A stretch of 64,000 nt of DNA. It comes from the human T2T-CHM13v2.0 reference genome, Homo sapiens. The notes beneath the pieces were generated by a model, which saw nothing but the letters and a program-made list of their open reading frames with translations, was not told the origin of the DNA and ran no database searches. A program made the position numbers and the translations under genes. Location: the NCBI RefSeq assembly GCF_009914755.1, contig NC_060935.1; one strand, written 5' to 3'. Shown here piece after piece: positions 53,881 through 64,000 of the stretch (the first letter of the stretch is position 1; every line of letters begins with the position of its first letter).

Positions 53881-54609
53881 ATATATTCTTCAATGGTAAA
53901 TAAAAGTGTTAAGAGACCGCTGCAGGGATCACTCATAACCCAGTCATGCCAGCAAAGTGTCCCGTATGTGCCTGGTATATCTATGTATGATGGTGAAACA
54001 AGTTGAGAAACCCCATTCCAAAGGCTGGCTGGGCACTTTCTGCACCAACCCACACCGTCGCGTGGCCATCGGCCTCTGGGGCCTATGGCTGGGCTTGCAG
54101 CCCGCAGGCTGTGTACCCTACCTTGATGTGTCAGGCTCAGAATCTGCTGCATAGACTCATGCAGTGTTATCGGACTCATGGTTATTCAAAGCACGCTCCT
54201 TCCACCGTCCTCTGGAGTTTCAGTAACTTCATCTTCAGATGTCTCATATGCACACACACTCACACTACCTCTTCACCCGATGACATTTCAAGGCCCCAAC
54301 ACTATCTCCTTTTCCTGTTCTTTGTCTCAAGACAGACAATGCTCTCTTTCCTCCTTGCATGTATTATACCCCTTTCTCATCTAGAGAGGAGCTGATAAAC
54401 TCATTTCCCTTAGTGTGCTAGTGCCCAATAACAGCCTAGTGTGCCCCATCTGGAGTCCCTTCTGGTCAAATCTCAGGCTCTTTTAGCTATAGGAAGATGG
54501 TATTTGGGAGGAAACTTAGATTAGGATTCTCTACTCCCACTTGGTTTTAGAGATTAGAAGGCTGAAGCCCAAGGATGAAGAGAAATTTTCCCAAGGACTG
54601 ATTAATGGT

Positions 54610-55095
54610 TGTATCAGTTAGCTATTGCTGCTTAACAAACCACCCTCAGAACTTAGTGCCATAAAGTAACAAACATTTACTTAGCTTGCAGTTTGTGGGT
54701 TCGAAATTTAAGCTGGGTTCAGCTGGGATCTATCATTTAATCTGTGGCTCCCTGAAGGTCAGCTAGGTGGCTCTGCTTCTGGGGATCGGCTAGCATCAAC
54801 TGGGCAATGGGGGCAACTGGGCCACACGTCTGGCACCAACTCATCCAGCAGGCTGGTCTGGGTAGTAGCAGGGTTCTCAGAGAGTGAACTCGGAAAGTCT
54901 CAAGCAAGACTTTCCAGGCTTGGAGCTGGCATATCGTCACTTCTTATGCATGCTATTGGCCAAAGCAAGTCACAGGACAGCCCAGATTCAAAGGCTGGAA
55001 ATAGACTTTACCTGTTGATGAAAAGAGCTGTAAACTCACATTGTAAAGAGTAGGGACATGAAGAGAAGTGATATTGTGGCCGCTTTTTGCTATCT
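54610..55095 (-). mobile_element. MaLR LTR (MLT1H-like)
   Basis: tgtatcagttagctattgctgcttaacaaaccacc...ctattggccaaagcaagtcacaggacagcccagattcaa. Confidence 0.82.
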
Positions 55096-55769
55096 TGAGC
55101 TAGGACTGGAGCCCAAGTCTCCTGACTCTATTCTGAGGGTGCAGCACCCACTTCTGATTCTATCTGCCCAACCTTACCTGTTGCCCGTTCCAGGCCCCTC
55201 CCCTACAACTCAGCAAAATTATGTTTGCCAGAAGAGAAAAAAACAAATCCAGCATAGGCAGTGGGTCAAGCTCTTGTGTGTCTTTTATGTAATCCAGAGA
55301 AACAGGAGGAGCACAACTTCCATGCAGCTATACCAACATCCCTCCCTGCGGCTCCCCTCACCCACAATTCCCACTTCCTGTAGGACAGAGGCCAAGAGAA
55401 GTTCCCCTCCGCCTCCCCTCCGCAAAGGCTCAGATCCCAGATCCCCTTTTTTTTTTTTTCATCTATCCCACATTACTACAAGCTTTCCACTGCTCCACAG
55501 TCCTGGAAGAGGAGACAACAGCCAATTTTCCAGCACTGAATAAGATAGCCCCTGGAGTCACTTTTGAAACACCACCAATGTGTTATGCCAACTTCTTTTC
55601 TGGGGGAGAACAAAAGCTATTTTTCTCTCTTTTCTTCCCCTGATGGAGAGAAGCAAGACCCCCTTTTGAATTCAACTTTCTCTTCTCTGGCATAAAAAAA
55701 AAATTTAAAAACAAATCTGTCAAAATTCCCACCCTGCCTTCCTAGTTACATTTTTTAATTCAGTTGGCT

Positions 55770-56480
55770 CCATGTGGGGGAGTCTTCTATTAATAGGTAT
55801 ACCAGGAGGCTTAGCAACTCAGGCAGAAGAGTACCTAGGAGAAAGCTGGAGAGGGCTGACACCGGAACAGTGAGCAGGAATCAAACCGGGCTTAATTAGG
55901 AAAACATGCCTTCCCTATTAACGTCCCTGTCCGTGTGATGCTGCCGCTAGAAAAAAAAAATGCCAAGAAGCTTATTTGTTTTGCAATTACGGATGAAATA
56001 AAAAATTACTTGGTCTAATTAGACCTCTTTTACTAAAAGAAGCGTGTAAAATAACCTCAGTTTCATTAGCAACTCAAAATATACTGCTCGGTGTGCTACA
56101 TATGTTTAAGTGAAATGTGGAGGGTCAATTTGCTATGTAAATTTCCACAAATTTGGCTAAACTAAAACGATTAACCTAATGTGTATGCAAATTAACTTAA
56201 TTGATAACGACTTTTCTCCAGGAGCTTTAAAAGAGGGGGAAATATATTCCAATTCTAACAATCCTCCAAAGTGTTCCATCACCCAATAACAAAATGATAT
56301 CTTGACAAATTAAAGAGAATATAATGAAATCAGATTAATTAATGCCAAGACCAATTAGCATATGCAAAGAAACAAATCTCACTAATAGACAAATCCAGCA
56401 ATTTGAATGAGATTTTTGAAAGCTTTTCCTATTTGTCAATTTGTGTGTGTGTGTGTGTGTGTGTGTGCGCGAGCGCGTAA
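55770..56480. promoter_or_regulatory. Candidate developmental enhancer (homeodomain/POU motif cluster)
   Basis: Repeat-free AT-rich block with more than 10 TAAT/ATTA cores, octamer ATGCAAAT at 56185 and palindrome ggtctaattagacc at 56012. Confidence 0.6.
56442..56477. repeat. (TG)n-(CG)n alternating tract
   Basis: About 13 TG units followed by cgcgagcgcg. Confidence 0.92.
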
Positions 56481-57750
56481 TTCCATCTTTGAAATGTTGT
56501 TCCCTTTTGTTTAGGATCTAGAATGTCAGACCTGGAAGGGTCCCTATAGTCTGAAACCCCCTACTTCAACTGATTAAGAAACTGAGCCTCAAAAAAGGTG
56601 AATTTATCTGGCAAGGTGCCACTGACACCCTGGCAGCACAGCCCTTTCGTAGCACCCTGCCTGCCAGCAACACCCACTGATGCCTGGAGGCGGGGAAAGC
56701 ATTCTTGAAGGCCCTTTCAGCTCTGGGACTACCTGATCCTATAGTCTACATTGGAATGTTTACCATATTAGAATGCCGTCTACATTAGAATATACCTATA
56801 TATTTAAGAATTGAAGGGATTTTCATCTTGAGTCTCTTTTCCTTGACTCGGGCCACATTTTTCACACCAAAAGCAATCAGCAAAGCAAGCGGCAGAGCCT
56901 CAGCTCCCGAGGAGAGTCGTTTTCCCAACCCTGCTCCACATTGGACTCCCCTTGAGCTCCTATGCAGTTAGCGGTGAATTCTCCAGGCTAATCACTGGGC
57001 TGTGAGAGTTTCAGCCCACCTGTGCTCACCCCCTCCACCCTCAGCTAAGGACTCTGGGCTAACAGGCAGAGCTCTGACTTGGGTTTTTATTTTTATTTAT
57101 TTTTTCTTGTTATTCCAGATGGTTGCTGAGAGACTGAAGTCTCGGTTGCTTCCAGTGGGACCCTCAGACAATGGCAACTGGAAGGAGAGGCAACCCTGGA
57201 TGGCACTTGGGCAGCAGAGAGCAGTCAGACCCCAGCGATGGCAGCAGAGGCAATAGGAACAACACAAACAGAGCCCACTGGACTCATTCCATGGACTCTG
57301 GCCTGGGGGTTGCCTCTTTTAGGCCTTTAGGTGCAGCTCTTGCCTGGATCTAAACAGGACTATAGTATGGAAAGCTGGAAGAATAAGAGCAGGAGAAACA
57401 GACTCTGCTTGGGGAGTCAGGAGACAGACCTCCAGGCCACTGACCTTGGCCAAGCCATTTCTCCTCTCTGGCTTTTAGTTTTCTCATCTGTAAAACCACG
57501 AAATGAGGATATAAGCTAATAATCCTTTCTGGCTCCGTCTCTTAAGTCTCAGCCTTCTGGGTATAGTTTTAGCCTCTAGAATAGCATCGACCCCATGGAG
57601 TTGAAAGGGTTAATGAATAAATACATGTGAAGTGCTTAGAATGGTACGTGCCACTTAGTAAGTGGTCAATAAATATTAGCCCATAGTTTTTATCCTGCCA
57701 GGCGGTCCTTCACCCCCTCTTAAACACTTCAGTGGTATAGAAGGCGACAA

Positions 57751-57954
57751 CAATGGTATGTGGATAAATGTTTACCAACCGGTCGAGTGAGGGTGGGTCT
57801 CTGCTTTGCAGTGTTTGCCGATTACCATGGTGTAAATAATCCCACTATGGCTTGTTTGAAACTGCCAACATGAAGTAAAACAGCTCATGAAATTCCTGAA
57901 AATGTAACAACTGGTTTTTGAAAACCAGGGCTAGCCAGCTCCAGAGTGCCACTG
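57751..57954 (-). mobile_element. MER63A-like hAT-Blackjack MITE
   Basis: taaatgtttaccaaccgg...gtttgccgattaccatggtgtaaataatcccac...aattcctgaaaat...gctccagagtgccactg. Confidence 0.75.
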
Positions 57955-58959
57955 ACATGCAACACCCTTCCATTCTCCATTCTCATTCTATTTAAACAAA
58001 TGTCTCACTGTTGCACCTCTTGCATATAGAGAGAGACTAGATGCTAATTAAATATAAAGTACTTGTGACTATCCTCCCACATAACACTCTTTTGGGACAC
58101 CACAAATTTCTTCCCCATCTACCCACTCCCACCTCCTTCCCCCAGCCCTTCAAGCAGAACAGTCTGTGTATACTTTGGAAACATAAACTCACATTATCAT
58201 TAATCTAAGCCAAGCATCATTGAGAAAGTAAATCTGCTGCAAAGGAACATTTATTCATGTTTAAATTTTGATGATGTGTATATTAATCACTGATGGGCAT
58301 TACCCCCTTCATGTACCCTTTAGCGTGCCAACTTGTCCTCATTCTCTCTGTCCTCTGCTTTGACCCCAGCCTCCATTCTGATGGCCATGGCCTATCTTGG
58401 GATTGCTTTACCTACATCCTGAACTTGACATTCCTCCTGCTCTCAGAAAGTTGGTTATTTACCGACTGAAAATGGAGAGTGAAAAGAAGAAAAATAAAAC
58501 ACCTTTCCCAGTGGAGCCCATAAAAGGCTCATGAAGTCATAAAGACAATTACTGGCAGGCCTATATGGAATACCCTCCGTGAGTCATCTGTCTTCTGCTG
58601 GCAATAAAGGCACATAGCAAATTAACCATGAGGGAGGCCCGCTCACTTACCCTGTAATTAGACGGAGCTGCAAGATGCTTCCTTTCAAACTTCACGTGGG
58701 AGGATCTGTTTTGGCTCCAGGAGGACCTGCCTGCTAGCCCAGCCAGGCCTGGGCTCTTCCTTTGGCTACTGCCCCTACAGCGCTGAGCCTGGAGCTATGA
58801 GACAGTGACAAGGCAGCAGCAGCAACACAGTCCCGCCCCTCAAGGCCCATGCAGTCTGTTTAGAGAGGTAGGCAGTGCATAAAGAAGCAGAGGTGATCAT
58901 AAGGTTCTCAGACTAGCAGAGAGGCCTTTCTTTCCCACTTCATCTTTCACCACTTGCTG

Positions 58960-59400
58960 TCATGCACTCTGTGCTCTAGCCACATTGAACAGGCTCTTTC
59001 TCAAGTTCCTCATCTGCCTTCTGGCCTCCATACCTTTGCACATGCTGTTCCCTCTGCCTGGAATGTTCCTATCCCTACAAGATCTTGACTTGCAGAGACA
59101 TAGTGCAAATTACATTTGCACTAAGCAATGTAAATAAAATGACACCTTCCTGACAAGTCTCTAAGAAGATTAACTAGCTTCCCTCTCCCTGCAAAACTTT
59201 GTGCAAAATTTCTACTTAGCACTTATCACATTGATTCTAAACACTTGTCTCACAATCTTTTTCCTCTGGATTTCGACTTTGAGGCAGGGCAAAGATTAAC
59301 TCATCATGGAATTCCATTCCCCATCCCACCTCCATGTCTAGCGTCTAGCTCTGTGTACTTATAAAGTAAGTTCTCAATAAATATGAGTTGGAGGAATAAA
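58960..59400 (+). mobile_element. L2 fragment
   Basis: cctttgcacatgctgttccctctgcctggaatg...tagcacttatcaca...ctcaataaatat. Confidence 0.8.
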
Positions 59401-60073
59401 ATACAAAGAAATAGAATCTAAATCTAGTATAATCTGGATCTGCGATGAATTCAGAAGGAGTAAGGGCTGGATGTAGCTCCTTAACCAAGTCTCAGTCCCA
59501 GGGAAGGTAATGGAATTCCAGGACTGATCCCCCTGCATTTGGCAGGGGCAGTTCCCATCCCTTCCCCAGAGGAGATGAGAAGGGGTCAGGGTGACAAAGC
59601 CCGGTGTGTCAGAACATCGCTTGAGAGGTTTAGCTCCTGGAGAGCAGTTAGGCATGTAAATTAGCACTGGCCCACAGGCCCTATGCTGAAAATAAATCTG
59701 CTGGAACCAAGATCAATCAATGGTTAAAAATAAAAGTTGAGGCAGTGCTAATTCTGTGTTTTCCTGAGCCCAGTGCGTAGGCAGCCAGAAACTTCTTTCC
59801 CAGGACACTGTTGAGTGAGCAAAGGGCAAGAGATCATGGGAAAAATTAGACAGCTTACAAGTCTATGCCTGGGATCTGAATCAGTGGCCCCTTTGGGGCA
59901 GGGAGGAGTGGATAGAAGAGCTGCATCAGATGCAAGATGCCAGATGAGGATTTTCACGCTGGGGAAAATCATCCTTTTGAAATTCCTGTTACCAAAGCCT
60001 GTCCCAAGCTTCCTACAGGACGAGGGAGGAAATCAGAGCAGGGCCTTTCAGTTATGCAATACATATTTATTGA

Positions 60074-60230
60074 TTTATTTATTTAGAGACAGGGTCTCAC
60101 TATGGTGCCCAGTCTGGAGTGCAGTGGCTATTCACAGGTGCAAACATAGTGCACTGCATCTCTGAACTCCTGGGCTCAAGTGATCCTCCTGTCTCAGCCT
60201 CCCTATAGGCACCTACCACCATGCGCAGCT
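60074..60230 (-). mobile_element. FAM (fossil Alu monomer) inserted in L2
   Basis: Contains the 7SL-derived segment gtggctattcacagg that dimeric Alus lack; TSD tatt(t/a)attga (60064-60073 / 60231-60240). Confidence 0.85.
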
Positions 60231-60720
60231 TATTAATTGAGTGTCTACCATGTGTCAGGCACTGCTTCAGATGATAAAGATCCGGTGATGAACAAAATAG
60301 TACCAGCCTTCACGGAGCTTCCAGTCCAGGAGTGAACACGGGGAGGCCGGATACACAGTAATTAACGATAATTAATCATTAATTAATGATAATTAACGAT
60401 TTGCCATGAGAATATACGATAGGGTCCTACCCAAGTCTGAGAGGTCAGAGAAAGCTACCATGAGGAAGTAACATGTGCATTGAGACCAGTAGGATGAGTA
60501 GCAGTTTACCCAGTCAGAACAGGAAGACTGTTCCAAGGAGAGCGAGCTACCAGTGCAAAAAGGCCCAGCAGCAGCAAGAAGCTGCCAAAGGAATCCAGCA
60601 TGGGTACCAGGTGAGTGAGAGAGGAGACTGATGTTTGCTGAAACTTGGCAGCTAGCACATCACCTGTAGGTCACATTGAGGATTTGGACTTCTCTCTGGG
60701 CTCAGATGTTTCAGGATGGC
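60231..60720 (-). mobile_element. L2 fragment
   Basis: attgagtgtctaccatgtgtcaggcactg...ggagcttccagtccag...gaggtcagagaaagct...gaggatttggactt. Confidence 0.75.
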
Positions 60721-61849
60721 TGTGTGTACTTGCCCACTGCAGGTTGCCCACTGCAAGGGTGCTGGGCCCAGGGGATGCGAGGGGGCATAAGTTCCACCTA
60801 CTTGGCACTCACCAAGCAGCACATCCTGGCACAGGGCTTCATCCCCCAAGAGAGGGCACCTTTTCACATTTCACAAAGGCAACATCTGCTGGCCAAGCCC
60901 ATAGCACTGTGACCATCCAGTGACAGCATTATTTCAAGTTCTCACTGAGGTGCCTTTGGCACCTGATGAGTATGTGAGACTAGACAATCTCTGAGGCTCC
61001 TCCAGCTCTTGCCACCTCTAAGCCCTTGAAAGAAGCAAGCAATTGTATCATAGTGGGGGAGCTGAGGAAATAGACCCAAAGCCAGAATAGCCTTCCATCT
61101 CTTCAGTGTTCTATCTGGACCACCAAGCAGTCTGCAGCTCCAATAGCTCCCTCGCCCCTCCTGAACTCAATGGAGGGGACAGATTGGATGGGGTCTGGGA
61201 TGTGAACATGGTGTCGGAGCAGGCTGGCTGTGGATGCCATCGTTAGGGCTGCCTTGGGCAGACAGCCTCTGTGGTCTTGCTGGCTCAGTGCTCCATGCTG
61301 TCATTTCTTTCAGAGGACTGCCCAGGGAAGTAGAGCCCCCAGGGAGGAGGCATTGTTTGCACAAAGTATCTGTCATTGCCTGAGGCCTGCAGCTCACCTG
61401 GACTCAGTCCCCTGCTGGCTGGGGGTTGTATTCCCTGTGCTGGGAGGGAAGGAGGACACTGTCAGATCCCATCCATCAGGATAGGCACTGCAGGCACAAG
61501 TGGCCCAGGGCTCTGCCTCCAGCCCATGCGCTAAGAGAGGAAAGGCGGCTTCTTTTCCCCTGTTCCACAGGCTTGCAACGGCCACAGCCCAATGCCAGCC
61601 TCTCTCCCCATCCCTATCACACCCCTGGCAACCCATTGCCAAGCTCAAACTTCCAAGCCTACATTGGCAGGCTAAGCATATCAAAACTGCCATCCTAATT
61701 TGGTTGTTGGTGCCACAATAATAATAACAGTTTGTATGTATTGACTCTACCAGGTGGGGCAGTGGACCAGGTGTACAAAGGTGGAGATGCATCCATGAAC
61801 AGACACAGGCTCGCCCCTGTGGCGTTATTGAAAAACTCTGGGCATTTGG

Positions 61850-63320
61850 CAACTATGTAACAGGTTGAGCTTCAGTTTCCTCATCTGTGAAAAAAAGAGG
61901 TAGTAATTATATTGCAAGGGATTGTGGGTTGGGGGGAGCAAATGAGATAAACATGGAAATAATAGGGTTTCTAGTACAAAATCAATCCTCGATAAATGTT
62001 AACTATTACTATTAGCTCCTATTTCGTGAGCATCCCTGGTGTACCAGGCACTGTGCCATAGGATTTACAGACATTATGCCATTCAGTGCTTACCACATCC
62101 AGACGAGGTATATAGTATCATCCCATTTCACACTGGTAGGGAGGAAAGCACAGTGAGTGGGATATAAAGCCAGGCCAGTGTGACTTCAAGCCATTAAACT
62201 AGAGGCTGGGTGGGGTGGCTCTCACTTGTAATCTCAGCACTTTAGGAGGCACACGGGGGAGAATTGCTTGAAGCCAGAAGTCCAAGACAAGCCTGGGCAA
62301 TGTAGTGAGACCTCAGTCTCTAATTTAAATAAATACATAAATAACTGTACTGCCCACTAGGTCTGGGACTCGGGGCCCCTCATCTCTTCCTATGGAAGCA
62401 TTTCTTCACCCAAGTTCTCTCATCAGCCCATGAGAGAGGGCGCTCGGGAGTGAGGAAAAGGAGACCAATGCAACCGATATCTAGGGCAAGAGCTGTTACT
62501 CTGAAATGTTTTTAGTCAACCTGGATGCTCACATTGTCTACACCTGAACAAAGGAAAAGACGGTGGGAAGTCTGGAGGTGGAAAGTAAGTGGGATTCAGA
62601 GTCTAAAGTCCTGTATCCCTACCTATTAGCCATGTAACCTTGAGCAAGATAAGGAACATCTCCAGAACTCACTTTCCTCACCTGTAAAATGGGCTGACAC
62701 CACAATTGCCTTCTCAGAGCTGCTCTGAGGATGAACTGAGATGCTGCCTGTGAAAGTGAGCTGCTCCACTATAAAGCGATATTCAGTTGTGAGGAATTGT
62801 TATTTATTAAAGGGCACTTGCTTAGAAGACACACATTAAGTTGTGAGAGGACCTCAGTTTAATTCAACACACGAACATGAGGACTGAGCACCTGCTGTAG
62901 TGAAGACATATATTCAGATTCAGAAAGGAGATCATGAAAAGGCATGCAATGGCTTATCGCATGCTATGGGACTCACAGGACCAGGTTCAGCGTGGAGGCA
63001 GTATTTCTTCCAGAGGCATCTGCACCAAACTTTCAAGAAGAGGATGGGCAGGATGTTGATGGGCAGCACGGTGCAGGAGAGTGTTCTGGGAAGAATACAG
63101 ATTGAGCAAAACAGAGGCAGAGAAACCAGGACTGGGCAGAGTTCCAGGTGGCTGGAGCGCAGCCACCTTATACTGGAGAGGCTGTGAAGCTAGTACAATT
63201 GTTATCCCCATTTGACAGATGAAGAAACTGAGGTATGCAGCAGTTGCAGAAGTCACAAAGCAAGTAAGCAGTGTGGCAGTTGGCCAGGAATCTGGCTCCA
63301 GAGTCCACACTCTTGACTAC
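61850..63320. mobile_element. Cluster of MIR fragments in both orientations
   Basis: MIR cores at ~61865 (+), 62020-62190 (-), 62600-62820 (+) and 63195-63320 (-). Confidence 0.7.
62204..62343 (+). mobile_element. FLAM-type Alu monomer
   Basis: ggctgggtggggtggctc...tgtaatctcagcacttt...agcctgggcaatgtagtgagacc plus (TAAA)n tail. Confidence 0.85.
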
Positions 63321-63965
63321 ATAGGGCCCAATCTCAGACCATGGCTACAGGAAGAAGATGAGAAAAGAGAGGCCTGCAGAGCTCTTGGCACTTTATGGGA
63401 TGAGAAGACGAAGAAGGAGAAGTTGGGGAGTTGGAGGAGTTTGGGAATTCAGGTGAGTGAGCCTATGGATAAGAACCAATAATCACAAGTCCGGCTAAAT
63501 GTTTCCAAGGCCCTTTCCTAGCCTTCATGTAAAAAGCTTCTCCCAGTACATGCTGGCAGCATCCCAGGCTTTGTGGGAGCAGCTTGGTCGGGGGTCAGGG
63601 GAACAAATACTATTATTACATTGATGGCATGGTGAGTGCCCCAGCCTCCCGGAGGTTCTCCTAGTTATTGGCCACTGCAGTTGGATCTAGATGATCCCTC
63701 ACTCTTGTCCCTTAAGACTGGAGCCTTCACAGAAATCCTGGTCTGTCTTTGCTGTGCAGCCTGTAATACGTGTCACCCTACAGCATCTCTGTGTGCCTTC
63801 CCGTAGAGTGAGGCAGATTCTTCCTCCCTAGAGCATGCAGCTCCCTGACCTCACTTACTTGGGCAAGGGAGTATGCAGACAGAGGGGCACAATGGAAGAA
63901 CTTAGGCTTTGGAGGCAGACCAATGTAGATTTTATTCATGGCTGTGCCACTCGCAAGTTGTGTGA

Positions 63966-64000
63966 CTTATCACATGCTATGGGACTCACAGGACCAGGTT
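63966..64000 (+). repeat. Direct copy of 62953-62987 running off the window end
   Basis: 34/35 identical. Confidence 0.95.

Overview
Primate (human-like) non-coding genomic DNA: Alu, FLAM and FAM SINEs with target-site duplications (TSDs), THE1/MLT1/MLT2 solo LTRs, dense MIR/L2, old L1M pieces and hAT DNA-transposon relics. No ORF in the track reads as a real cellular protein. The only protein-like sequence is transposon fossil: an L1-type ORF1 near 22.6 kb and a frameshifted hAT/Tip100 transposase C-terminus near 47.0 kb. I cannot name the host gene or locus. Two themes are not explained by repeat annotation. (1) Several repeat-poor islands packed with homeodomain, POU and posterior-HOX motifs, plus a CpG-rich island at 19-20 kb and a CTCF-like site, consistent with the cis-regulatory landscape of a developmental gene. 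(2) Several local templated-copy scars: a 42-bp near-perfect inverted repeat, a 127-bp copy moved 5.3 kb, a copy from 1 kb upstream that truncates a MIR, and an Alu monomer with an inverted tail. I see no evidence for a new protein-coding system. Repeat subfamily names come from recalled consensus sequences, and boundaries without a TSD are approximate.
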